Of a DNA stretch of 64,000 nucleotides, positions 1 through 11,046 are shown in pieces (the first letter of the stretch is position 1; the number at the start of each line of letters is the position of its first letter). Position numbers and translations under genes: made by a program. The stretch is from an uncultured virus (IMG/VR IMGVR_UViG_3300037863_000082) (taxonomy: Duplodnaviria; Heunggongvirae; Uroviricota; Caudoviricetes). The notes under the pieces were generated by a model. That model saw only the letters and a program-made list of their open reading frames with translations, had not been told where the DNA came from and searched no databases. The stretch lies in the IMG/VR virus record IMGVR_UViG_3300037863_000082. One strand, written 5' to 3'.

Positions 1-190
1 AGCGCTTGCCGGGATACCCTTCCGCATATTTGTTGGTCAACACACTGCCCTGGGCTTCGAGGACAGCGTGGGGGACGAAGTTTTCGCTGGCAATCATTTC
101 TAGGGTGCCGCGCTGGCGGCCCAATTCCTTGTCCAGAACATCCTGGATTTCTGGATCTACCTCGGCGAGACTCTGACTAAACGTGTTCAT
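1..190 (-). CDS. glyA: Serine hydroxymethyltransferase, 5' part (runs off the window edge)
   Basis: Manual translation [63 protein letters not shown] carries the SHMT signatures LEMIASENF and [20 protein letters not shown] lies upstream. Not in the ORF track. Confidence 0.95.
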   Translation of the reverse strand, partial: MNTFSQSLAEVDPEIQDVLDKELGRQRGTLEMIASENFVPHAVLEAQGSVLTNKYAEGYPGKR

Positions 191-246
191 GGGTTTCTCC
201 TGTTTGATTAATTCTAATAGTTTTGTTTTACGATCTTGCTTACTAG

Positions 247-317
247 GGCCCCTAGCAGGTAACGCTCCTGCCTTTCCTGTTTACAAGACAGGTGTTTTAC
301 TAATAAACTATAGGGGC
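247..317 (-). tRNA. tRNA-Thr(UGU), non-canonical T-loop
   Basis: Acceptor GCCCCTA/TAGGGGC; D stem GTTT/AAAC; anticodon arm CCTGT-CT TGT AA-ACAGG; T stem GCAGG/CCTGC with loop AGCGTTA; no encoded CCA. Confidence 0.85.
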
Positions 318-322
318 AAGTC

Positions 323-724
323 TTAATCAAACCAATATGTTCTCCAACCAGAACTCCAGCAGTCTTCACAGTTTTCATCGCCAGAATCTGTTTCTTCTTT
401 ATAGCATTCACATTCAGCGTAGTAGTTGGAACGATATGATTCATAGTGATCTATAGAGGTGTTTCCAGACGATACCTTGGAAATATACCAGCCATGAGTA
501 TCCCAGCAACAACGAACGGGATCTCCAAAGAAATGAAAGCCAGCACTTACCATGTTGTCTTCACAGGTTCCGTGATCTGTCCATACAAATTCGTTCGGGG
601 TATTCTGAGCCTTTAGGTAATTCTCTCCACCCTCTCCATCATACTCAAGGAACTCCATTGGGGAGTACTCCTTTTCCCATGCCTCATACTCTTTATGATA
701 TTTTGTGACATCATCTTTCTGCAT
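323..724 (-). CDS. Hypothetical acidic protein with a C-terminal Cys cluster (possible Zn-binding)
   Basis: 133-aa ORF ending CECY...CEDCWSSGW. ATG lies 6 nt after a consensus -10. Confidence 0.8.
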   Translation of the reverse strand: MQKDDVTKYHKEYEAWEKEYSPMEFLEYDGEGGENYLKAQNTPNEFVWTDHGTCEDNMVSAGFHFFGDPVRCCWDTHGWYISKVSSGNTSIDHYESYRSNYYAECECYKEETDSGDENCEDCWSSGWRTYWFD

Positions 725-730
725 AATAAA

Positions 731-759
731 AGTATACCCTCAAAAGTTGTATCTGTCAA
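731..759 (-). promoter_or_regulatory. Sigma70/SigA-type promoter, leaderless for the 323..724 ORF
   Basis: TTGACA-17 nt-TATACT-6 nt-ATG. Confidence 0.85.
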
Positions 760-769
760 AACGAAATTG

Positions 770-849
770 TCCCTGTTGTTGGGGTTGAACCAACCATGCC
801 TTTGGCGACGGCTTTACAGGCCGCTTCCCCACCTTGGGGACTAACAGGG
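770..849 (-). tRNA. tRNA-Tyr(GUA)
   Basis: Acceptor CCCTGTT/AACAGGG; anticodon arm GCGGC-CT GTA AA-GCCGT; long variable arm; T loop TTCAACC; A73. Confidence 0.9.
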
Positions 850-853
850 TTTG

Positions 854-924
854 CATCGCATACAAGAATCGAACTCGTGCCAAAATGTTTGGAATATTTT
901 GTGCTACCACTACACCAATGCAAC
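854..924 (-). tRNA. tRNA-Trp(CCA)
   Basis: Acceptor GTTGCAT/ATGCGAT; D arm GTGT-AGTGGTA-GCAC; anticodon loop TT CCA AA on an AU-rich stem with an A-C mismatch; T loop TTCGATT; G73. Confidence 0.8.
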
Positions 925-938
925 ATATTATTTTATTT

Positions 939-1012
939 TACGAATGAGCGAATGCTCTTGGGGATAGTTATTACTATCGCCAATAATTGGTAAAAAGATA
1001 TCGCATGTGCAT
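939..1012 (-). ncRNA. Candidate small structured RNA (three hairpins plus a closing stem)
   Basis: Lies directly behind a consensus promoter. Hairpins CCAA-TTA-TTGG, GATAGT-AATA-ACTATC and GAGC-ATTC-GCTC are closed by TGCGA/TCGTA. Confidence 0.35.
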
Positions 1013-1018
1013 GTATTT

Positions 1019-1047
1019 ATTGTATCATATTATTTATAGTGTGTCAA
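1019..1047 (-). promoter_or_regulatory. Sigma70/SigA-type promoter inside the tRNA array
   Basis: TTGACA-17 nt-TACAAT with extended TG. Confidence 0.85.
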
Positions 1048-1049
1048 AG

Positions 1050-1121
1050 CGACCTTGACGGATCCCGACACCGCAACCTTTGCCTCGACAGGGCAACGTT
1101 CTTCCTTTGAACTACAAGGCC
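1050..1121 (-). tRNA. tRNA-Asp(GUC), non-canonical T-arm
   Basis: Acceptor GGCCTTG/CAAGGTC; D stem GTTC/GAAC; anticodon arm TTGCC-CT GTC GA-GGCAA; T arm GCGG-TGTCGGGAT-CCGT; G73. Confidence 0.85.
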
Positions 1122-1122
1122 G

Positions 1123-1193
1123 AGGGAATAGCGGGGATCGAACCCGCGTCATAACCTTGGCAAGGTTAAGTTTTACCATTAAACTATATTCCC
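1123..1193 (-). tRNA. tRNA-Gly(GCC)
   Basis: Acceptor GGGAATA/TATTCCC; anticodon arm TAACC-TT GCC AA-GGTTA; T arm GCGGG-TTCGATC-CCCGC; U73. Confidence 0.95.
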
Positions 1194-1589
1194 AATTTTC
1201 TTGCCATACCTATTCCAAGTTCTTATTTTGTGACAATTGGCGCATACTATTTCGCATTTTTCAACTTCTTGCATTGCTTTTTCTAAACTATAATTTCTTG
1301 CTATCTGAATTGGACTACCAAGCTTTTTATATTCTGGAAGGTGGTCAAAATCAAGCATAAAGTGAGGATACTTCTCTCCGCAATCAATGCAGCCAGACTG
1401 TTCCTTAAGGTCCCAGAGGGCTCGGGATTGCTCGGTCCTTCTCCTATTAGTCCTTTGATGATATCTTTCTTTTTGATTTTCTCCAAGGTGATAGGCTATC
1501 GTGCCTTTAGAGCATCCAAGCTCTGCCTGGATTTCTCTATAAGACTTGCCCTCAGACCTTAATCTAAAAATGTTTTCTTTATGTTTCAT
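1179..1589 (-). CDS. HNH endonuclease with N-terminal HTH (probable free-standing homing endonuclease)
   Basis: HTH: GKSYREIQAELGCSKGTIAYHL. Zn-HNH: CIDCG...LDFDH...CEIVCANCHKIRT. Own TGGTATAAT-6 nt-ATG promoter. Confidence 0.85.
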   Translation of the reverse strand: MKHKENIFRLRSEGKSYREIQAELGCSKGTIAYHLGENQKERYHQRTNRRRTEQSRALWDLKEQSGCIDCGEKYPHFMLDFDHLPEYKKLGSPIQIARNYSLEKAMQEVEKCEIVCANCHKIRTWNRYGKKIGNIV

Positions 1590-1618
1590 GGTTCAATTAT
1601 ACCACACAAATCGAACAG

Positions 1619-1691
1619 CTGGGGTGGCAGGGTACGATCCTGCGGCCAAAAGATTAGAAGTCTTCTGCTCTATCCGCTGAGCTACATCTCA
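1619..1691 (-). tRNA. tRNA-Arg(UCU), two A-C mismatches in the acceptor stem
   Basis: D arm GCTC-AGCGGATA-GAGC; anticodon arm GAAGA-CT TCT AA-TCTTT; T arm GCAGG-ATCGTAC-CCTGC; acceptor TGAGATG/CACCCCA. Confidence 0.8.
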
Positions 1692-1699
1692 AAAACTAT

Positions 1700-2440
1700 T
1701 TATTTATTAAATATCTTTTGCCAAACACTGAGTTTTGGTTTATCAAAAACGGGAACCTGTCTTTGCATTGGAACACAGGCTTCGCCATTTTGTTCTAGTA
1801 GCTTGGCAAGATCTTTTATCTTTATCCATCCAGAACCGTTGATTCCGTAATCACTGCCCCAGGAATTTCTCCAACGGAAAACCTCATGAGTTTGATTACC
1901 AAATCTCATTTTAGGATGATAACCTGTAACAAGAATTGCATGCCCACCAGTAGTCTTTCCAGAGACCTTTACCAAGCCTCCCGGAAGTGTGTCATACATT
2001 CCATCGAACCATGGGATTCCAAGAACAACTGGACCTTCAGAAATAACCGCATCTCGAACGTCGGTTACTCCAAAACACCAACGGTACTCTCCAATGAACC
2101 CCATCTTTTTCATGATTTTTGCTCCTGCCAAAACAGAAGTTCCTTCATAGTTTTCACCTGACCACTGGTCTACCTGCTTAGCCTCTTTATAAAAAGATGA
2201 AGCTAAAGAATTAGCGTAATCAAAATCTGGCTGCAAGCTTGGTTCTTGTGGCGCCGCAAGCAACTCTCCTGTCCAGGCAAAACCAACACAGGCCCCCTCG
2301 TGTCCTTGGTCAAGAACAATTCCCTCTTTCCAAAGCTTTGGAGCAACGACAACATTTCTATTTCTCAAGACAGAACGTATGCCATATTTCTTAGATGTTT
2401 TATCGTGCTGTGAAACCCAATTTAACTTTTTATCTTTCAT
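1700..2440 (-). CDS. Papain-like cysteine peptidase (C1 family)
   Basis: DQGHEGACVGFA (Gln and catalytic Cys), GGHAILVTGY (His), RNSWGSDYGING (Asn). Confidence 0.9.
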   Translation of the reverse strand: MKDKKLNWVSQHDKTSKKYGIRSVLRNRNVVVAPKLWKEGIVLDQGHEGACVGFAWTGELLAAPQEPSLQPDFDYANSLASSFYKEAKQVDQWSGENYEGTSVLAGAKIMKKMGFIGEYRWCFGVTDVRDAVISEGPVVLGIPWFDGMYDTLPGGLVKVSGKTTGGHAILVTGYHPKMRFGNQTHEVFRWRNSWGSDYGINGSGWIKIKDLAKLLEQNGEACVPMQRQVPVFDKPKLSVWQKIFNK

Positions 2441-2443
2441 TGC

Positions 2444-2617
2444 TTATACCATTATCCTTAATACGTGTTGACACGGGTCTCCACCATCTTCCCACTCTTG
2501 CTGTTCTTCTTCACTCATTACTGGGTCAAGGTCGTGGGTATTGCAGAAGGGTTCTGAAATCCACCCTTCATCTATACCCTGATTTAGCCATGTTCCAAAC
2601 TCTTTTTCGTTAATAAT
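2444..2617 (-). CDS. Small acidic Cys/His protein (57 aa), apparent ATT start
   Basis: Manual translation IINEKEFGTWLNQGIDEGWISEPFCNTHDLDPVMSEEEQQEWEDGGDPCQHVLRIMV. Fills the gap and ends 3 nt before the protease ATG. Not in the ORF track. Confidence 0.65.
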   Translation of the reverse strand: MINEKEFGTWLNQGIDEGWISEPFCNTHDLDPVMSEEEQQEWEDGGDPCQHVLRIMV

Positions 2618-2623
2618 GTATCT

Positions 2624-2652
2624 ATTGTACCCTAACCATTGGTGTCTGTCAA
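2624..2652 (-). promoter_or_regulatory. Sigma70/SigA-type promoter
   Basis: TTGACA-17 nt-TACAAT, just after the nrdF stop. Confidence 0.85.
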
Positions 2653-2656
2653 GTTT

Positions 2657-5707
<3,051 letters not shown>

Positions 5708-5715
<8 letters not shown>

Positions 5716-6112
5716 AAAGTTTTTGCAGCCTTTCTTTTACTGTATTAACATCATCTTGTGTGCCAAATATTTCTACCTTTGCAATGACTGGCACACCCGT
5801 CTTTGCACTAATTAAGTCTGCGGCTTTGCAGTAATGCTCACCGAAGTTTTTGTTTCCTAAACCAACTACACCCCGAAGAAGATTTCGATTCTCTTCAACA
5901 TTTAAAAAGTGTCGTACTTGTCTGGGTATTGCTGTTCGTGCTTCACCACCGCCATAAGTTGGAACAAAAAGAACAAACTCGCTATGATGGGTAACAACGT
6001 TATCCCTATCAGTACTAATAGGAATCCTATAAGAAGCTCCATAAAATTTCTCCACAAATCTTTTAGTGTTACCAGAGTAGTTTGAAAAGTAAACAAAATC
6101 AATAGGTAACAT
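5708..6112 (-). CDS. nrdI: NrdI flavodoxin
   Basis: [32 protein letters not shown]; adjacent to nrdE. Confidence 0.95.
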
Positions 6113-6178
6113 CTATTATACTCTCTATTTGTTCTAAGTCTAGTATTTGAATCTTAGAATATGCTTAAAATCTGGTGA

Positions 6179-7948
6179 TCATACCATACCCAGACGATCA
6201 AGATAATCTCTAACGTCATTGGGCATTGGCTTATATTGTATCACGTTGTCTGGTAGTGGGTCAAGTTTCTGTCTAGACCGATCTCTAAATGTATGAATCT
6301 CTACCTGAAGGTTTTTATCTCTTGGCGTATGTGAAATAGAGTTAAATACCGCACCACAAACAGCATCTGCCAAGTCCTTAGACTTTTTCCTTGGGTGATC
6401 GACTTTGTTATTTCTCATAATCTTTAACTCAGTAAGCTCTTCAAATAACAAATCAATACTTGGCATGGCAAGCCTTTCTTCGTAGATCAACATTGCCATG
6501 TCTTCGTAGTGCTTCTTGGCAACAGATAGCGTGTTTGTTCTAATCCCAACCTCTTTAAGCTCGTTCTGGATATCAAAAGACTGCCAGCGGTCAAAGGTAA
6601 CCATTCCAATATCAAAACCAACTCTTCTAAGATTCTGAATCCACTGCTTAACTTCTGACAGGTTGACCGGACCCTCTACCTTCGGCTCCCAGTATGCTAC
6701 TGCATCAACCACTACAACCGGAGAGGTTTGTTCATAGTCTTTAGTTATTTTAACATTTACCCATTTGTCTACGTGTGCAATAGCAACCGCACACTTGTCA
6801 TGTTTTTGTGCTAGGTCTGCATGTACAAAATATGTTTTGTCTGGATCTGGCTTAAAGGCGGAATCGAATCTTCTAAAATTATCTAATGGATTCCTGATTG
6901 TCATGCAAGATCTAACCTTTTCTTGTTGCTTAAAGAACGCATCGGAAGCAAAAGTTGGAACACAGGCAAATCTCATCATTGCATCTCCAAGATCGGTATA
7001 GAATGCAAGTTTAAAGTCTTCAATGGATCTTGTTGGATTAACCTCCCACGTTGGCCTCTTTAATGCAAACAGTCCTGGAAACTTATAAGAAATGATCCTG
7101 TCTTCATCCCATGAAATATTCAGGATGTTGTCCTCGGTTTCTGGGAGATCTGGGTTAATGACAAAACTATGAGTTCTTGTAATTATTTCCTTCTCTGCAA
7201 TTACGTCATCGTACCTTTTGGAAATAAAGTCTCCCGGATATCTTGGAAAGGATAGCAAAACTACTTTACCTAGGTCTGGAAACCTAGAATCAACAGATCC
7301 ACGGAAGGCCTTGTAGATGTTGTCTGCCGTCTTTCCCTGTTCGTTGCCAGTACCGACCTCATTTGCAAATCCGGAAATCTCATCAAGAATCGCAACCATA
7401 AGGTTTAGCCCCTCGTGAGACTCTCTTTCGGAGTGACCTGAGTAAACAGTAATTGCTCTATTGAACTCAATGGAATCCATCTTTGAATAAAACTTACCAG
7501 CAAACCACGGAGAGTTTTCAATTTTAGTTTTAAAGCCCTTGAAGAAAACGTTCTTTGCTTGCTGTGCGTTAATAGCAATATTAATAATATCGATAGCGTC
7601 ACCGGAAGGCTTACCATAGTACCTTGCCGGATCTTTAAGGCATAGCAGTTTGTACACAATGTATGCCACCGCTACGGTAGACGTAAAGTCCTTGCCGCTT
7701 CCCTTGCCCAGCTGAAGGATGATCTCATTTTTTGTATATTTTTTATAATAAGTTTCACCAAAGCTACCCATTAGAGTAACGACGTCTTCTTTTTTATAAA
7801 TCTGACTCATCGCCTCGACGATGTCATACTGTATGTCGGATAATGGGGGTTGCCCAAGATAGGCATCCCCCTCTACAAAAGTCTTTACGTCTACTGGCTT
7901 TTCTTCAAAAACACTATCTTTTAAAACCTCAATAAAATCATCAAACAT
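6179..7948 (-). CDS. Terminase large subunit
   Basis: Walker A GKGSGKD; Walker B ILDEISG; RNase H-like nuclease motifs HADLA...D and DHP...KDLADA. Confidence 0.9.
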   Translation of the reverse strand: MFDDFIEVLKDSVFEEKPVDVKTFVEGDAYLGQPPLSDIQYDIVEAMSQIYKKEDVVTLMGSFGETYYKKYTKNEIILQLGKGSGKDFTSTVAVAYIVYKLLCLKDPARYYGKPSGDAIDIINIAINAQQAKNVFFKGFKTKIENSPWFAGKFYSKMDSIEFNRAITVYSGHSERESHEGLNLMVAILDEISGFANEVGTGNEQGKTADNIYKAFRGSVDSRFPDLGKVVLLSFPRYPGDFISKRYDDVIAEKEIITRTHSFVINPDLPETEDNILNISWDEDRIISYKFPGLFALKRPTWEVNPTRSIEDFKLAFYTDLGDAMMRFACVPTFASDAFFKQQEKVRSCMTIRNPLDNFRRFDSAFKPDPDKTYFVHADLAQKHDKCAVAIAHVDKWVNVKITKDYEQTSPVVVVDAVAYWEPKVEGPVNLSEVKQWIQNLRRVGFDIGMVTFDRWQSFDIQNELKEVGIRTNTLSVAKKHYEDMAMLIYEERLAMPSIDLLFEELTELKIMRNNKVDHPRKKSKDLADAVCGAVFNSISHTPRDKNLQVEIHTFRDRSRQKLDPLPDNVIQYKPMPNDVRDYLDRLGMV

Positions 7949-8480
7949 TGTGTACTATTGTTACCGTTTCATTTAGTTTTTGAGAGGCCTCAGAAAGCCT
8001 GTTCATAATCTTATCACGAATCTCTGGATGCTCAGAAGCTATTTCTTTCAAGATATTCATAAGTATGACTTGTCTGTTTTCAATCTCCATCATCTCTTCG
8101 GCAAGCTCTTTGTTTTCTAAAAGACCGGCTTTCTGCAGCATCTCAATTCTTTTAGACTCTATGTCCATAACAAGCTTAATACCGCCAGCCTTGCTTCTAA
8201 GGTCTGCGTTGGTGGTAGCATCCTCAATAACCTCGTATGCCTTGTTGATAAGCCTTCCAAAGTGTTCGTCAGCAGCGGCCAAAGCCTCTTTTGCTCTAGC
8301 TCGAATTACTGTGTTGTCCGCAGCGACCCTTTGCCATTCTTCAATCAGTGTCACTACCCTAGTCCTTGGGATGTCGAGATGTTTTGAAATCTGTGTTGGG
8401 TTATTGCCTTTAAGGTACTCTCCGACTACACGGTTAACTTGATCAAGATGCTGTACTAATTGCTGTTCCTCGTTTGACAC
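7941..8480 (-). CDS. Probable terminase small subunit
   Basis: N-terminal HTH-like segment followed by coiled coil; coupled directly upstream of TerL. Confidence 0.55.
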   Translation of the reverse strand: MSNEEQQLVQHLDQVNRVVGEYLKGNNPTQISKHLDIPRTRVVTLIEEWQRVAADNTVIRARAKEALAAADEHFGRLINKAYEVIEDATTNADLRSKAGGIKLVMDIESKRIEMLQKAGLLENKELAEEMMEIENRQVILMNILKEIASEHPEIRDKIMNRLSEASQKLNETVTIVHNV

Positions 8481-8751
8481 GACGACCTCTCTTCTTTGGA
8501 ATTCTTTTTACTCTGTCTAGCTTAAAGGATCTTAGACAGCCAGTTCGGCCTCGGTCTACCTCAAAGCAATCAACCCACTGAGACTTTGTTTTTGTATTGG
8601 TAACGAGGCAATCAAATTTAAATCGCATACCCCACTCGTCTTTGATCTTGATGATCTCGCCCTGCTCCACAAGAAAGCCATCTACTGTGATCTCTGGGAA
8701 TCTAAAAAAATGTGTTGGCTTTGCTTCTGCTGAATTTCTTTGACGTACCAT
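8443..8751 (-). CDS. Hypothetical basic protein
   Basis: ORF track gives 8443..8832; the start at 8751 (MVRQRN) avoids overlap with the guaB-like gene. Confidence 0.65.
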   Translation of the reverse strand: MVRQRNSAEAKPTHFFRFPEITVDGFLVEQGEIIKIKDEWGMRFKFDCLVTNTKTKSQWVDCFEVDRGRTGCLRSFKLDRVKRIPKKRGRRVKRGTAISTAS

Positions 8752-8752
8752 T

Positions 8753-9778
8753 TCATTCCTTTGCGTGTGGTTTAGTTTCTTGTAACGAATTACTCGATAC
8801 TCTATTATACATGCTATCGCTCTGGAAGTCAATAAGATTGTCTACCCCAGTATATGACAAGGCACTTCGCAATCCATTGGCAAACTCTGTAATAATATTA
8901 TTAACACTCCCAACAAAAGGAACCCTAGTTGAGATACCCTCTACACCAGAAACAAAGCCCCTACCGTCCTCCTGCGCCTCCTTGGATGCCATTCCTCGAA
9001 AGACCTTGTGTCCGTCTAAAACATGTCCTGGAGATTCCTCTGTGCCCGCAAGCATTCTGCCGACCATGACGGCGTTTGCCCCGGCAGCCAAAGCCTTAGC
9101 TGCGTCTCCGGAGTTCCTGATCCCGCCGTCAGCAATCAAGCTTGGACCATCTCCATAGGAAAACTTTTCTCTAATATTCAGAATAGAGGCAAGAGTCGGT
9201 ACTCCGTGAGCGCTGACTACTCTAGTTGTGCAGGCTGATCCGCCACCAATTCCTACCCTGATAGAGTCTGCTCCAGCATCCCCCAGTCTGGCAAAGCCGT
9301 CCCAAGTTGCAACGTTTCCAGCCATAAGGTGAACATCACCAGGAATCTCTTTCCGCAAAAGCTCAACGGCTGTTACTGCATTTTGATTGTGACCATTTGC
9401 AACATCTACTAGAATAAGGTTTGCTCCAGCCTCAATAAGCATCATAGCGTCTGCTATAAATGCTTTACGAGCTCCGACAGATCCTCCTACATTCCTGTGG
9501 TCTTTCTGTGCCCTAGACATTCTAGCCATAGAAAGCTGTTCTTCAAGTGGCATATACCTATGAAGGATACCCATCCCACCAAGATTATCCATAGCCTCTA
9601 CCATTTGCCACTCGCAAACGGTATCCATTGGTGCCGCAATAATTGGCAACTCAAGCTCTATTCCATTTCCTAGGTTAGTAGCAAGGGATAAGTTCTTTCT
9701 ACTCTCTACATTAGAATGTTGTGGAACTAACAAGATGTCGTCAAAAGACAACTGTTCTTTGTTGCTATACTCTTTCAT
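8753..9778 (-). CDS. IMP dehydrogenase/GMP reductase family protein, no CBS domains
   Basis: [28 protein letters not shown] (catalytic Cys), IADGGIR, FRGMAS...EGIS. SD AGGAG precedes 9778. Confidence 0.93.
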   Translation of the reverse strand: MKEYSNKEQLSFDDILLVPQHSNVESRKNLSLATNLGNGIELELPIIAAPMDTVCEWQMVEAMDNLGGMGILHRYMPLEEQLSMARMSRAQKDHRNVGGSVGARKAFIADAMMLIEAGANLILVDVANGHNQNAVTAVELLRKEIPGDVHLMAGNVATWDGFARLGDAGADSIRVGIGGGSACTTRVVSAHGVPTLASILNIREKFSYGDGPSLIADGGIRNSGDAAKALAAGANAVMVGRMLAGTEESPGHVLDGHKVFRGMASKEAQEDGRGFVSGVEGISTRVPFVGSVNNIITEFANGLRSALSYTGVDNLIDFQSDSMYNRVSSNSLQETKPHAKE

Positions 9779-10037
9779 TTCTCTCCTTAGCAATTAATAG
9801 TAATACCAGATACCCAATGAGGTCAAAGATTGTGTCGTCTCCCGGATATTCGTGACCCCTCTGCACCCTGGAAAGCTTGTCGTCAATACGTACATACAAC
9901 TGCTCTATGTTGTCTTGCTTAGAGAACATACTGACAGGATCTAGAGCGGAATCTCCATATGCCCTGTTCTTTTCTATTAGCATTTTTTTGATGCCAGACA
10001 TTACCAGCTCGATACCGTCTTCCGTCTCTTTGCTCAA
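9765..10037 (-). CDS. DUF1599 / nucleotide-modification-associated domain 1-like protein
   Basis: EKNRAYGDSA...VRIDDKLSR...DTIFDLIGYLVL pattern. Confidence 0.65.
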   Translation of the reverse strand: MSKETEDGIELVMSGIKKMLIEKNRAYGDSALDPVSMFSKQDNIEQLYVRIDDKLSRVQRGHEYPGDDTIFDLIGYLVLLLIAKERNERV

Positions 10038-10189
10038 CGTCTTGATTTCCTTAATTTAAATTTAGATAAATAAACATATATTGTTTCTACACTAACTCCA
10101 CACTCTTTCGCTATTTCCTCTGGAGTCTTCCGGTCCATGTGATACCTTTTCCTTAACCACATTTCATTCGTATAAAGTTTAGCAGCCAC
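10034..10189 (-). CDS. Small HTH DNA-binding protein (51 aa)
   Basis: Manual translation MAAKLYTNEMWLRKRYHMDRKTPEEIAKECGVSVETIYVYLSKFKLRKSRR (GTG start); TTGA overlap with the next gene. Confidence 0.75.
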   Translation of the reverse strand: MAAKLYTNEMWLRKRYHMDRKTPEEIAKECGVSVETIYVYLSKFKLRKSRR

Positions 10190-10190
10190 A

Positions 10191-10775
10191 CTATCCACCT
10201 GTCAACTTGGACCAATTGCTAACAGCATAATGTCCAATACCAATCGCATCTGCAACATCATTATCTGTTATGTTTTTGTCATAAATTGTATTAACAAACT
10301 TAATTGTTCTTTCTTTACGGAATTCTCTCTCCTTGTTTTTATACCAAGAATCACTCTTCCCAGGGTTGTCAGATCTGATAATTTGTTTTTCATGACTAGT
10401 TAGTCTGCTGTTTCCAATGAACCCTTGCCATGCCATCGGGTTGGTAGATTTAATGATCTTTACCCCAGATAAGGCCATGCCTCCCAGAAGTGCTCCCTGG
10501 ACCAAGGCTAGGTCTGCTGCGGTTTTGGGGCTATTGATAAAAACAGTATGCTCTATAACAACTGCTTCTACATCAAACAGAGTGAATAGAGCCCGGGTCT
10601 TAGCGCAGGCATCTGATACCTTGTTGTATGTGCCAACACCAAAAAAATTTATTTTTCCAACTGTTTCCAACTCTTCGTTATCAAATATGGCAAAGGCAAG
10701 ACTGTTTGTGCTAGCATCTATTGAACAAATTTTTTTAGGAACTTCGACGTTAGTCAGAGAACTTATCTTTATCAT
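10191..10775 (-). CDS. RuvC-like Holliday junction resolvase
   Basis: SIDASTNSLAFA, VVIEH, DVADAIGIG. Confidence 0.85.
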   Translation of the reverse strand: MIKISSLTNVEVPKKICSIDASTNSLAFAIFDNEELETVGKINFFGVGTYNKVSDACAKTRALFTLFDVEAVVIEHTVFINSPKTAADLALVQGALLGGMALSGVKIIKSTNPMAWQGFIGNSRLTSHEKQIIRSDNPGKSDSWYKNKEREFRKERTIKFVNTIYDKNITDNDVADAIGIGHYAVSNWSKLTGG

Positions 10776-11046
10776 TAACAATACCTTTCAGCTCTCTCAA
10801 AGCCCTGCTTACATCTTTTGGGTCTATAACGCAATTAGAGCAAAGATTTTGATCATTGTAGGCGGATAGACCTAGTCCGCAGGACTTACAGTTTCTTTTT
10901 CTACCGATCATCCTGCTACGCCTAGTAATAGCATATCTTTGAGCAATCTTGTCTTTTGTTGACTCTTCTCTACATTCTACAGAACAGTATATCTGATAAG
11001 AAATTTTTGTCTCAAAACTCTGATCGCACCAGTCACACGACTTCAC
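10750..11046 (-). CDS. Zinc-finger protein
   Basis: Four Cys pairs (CDWC, CSVEC, CKSC, CSNC). Confidence 0.75.
   Translation of the reverse strand: MKSCDWCDQSFETKISYQIYCSVECREESTKDKIAQRYAITRRSRMIGRKRNCKSCGLGLSAYNDQNLCSNCVIDPKDVSRALRELKGIVNDKDKFSD

Noticed and set aside
191..322. ZMP/ZTP riboswitch upstream of glyA, and the 214..444 ORF
   Set aside because: The structured sequence is fully explained by tRNA-Thr(UGU) and no pfl consensus is present.
796..1360. Plus-strand ORFs 796..993 and 1055..1360
   Set aside because: Antisense to tRNA genes.
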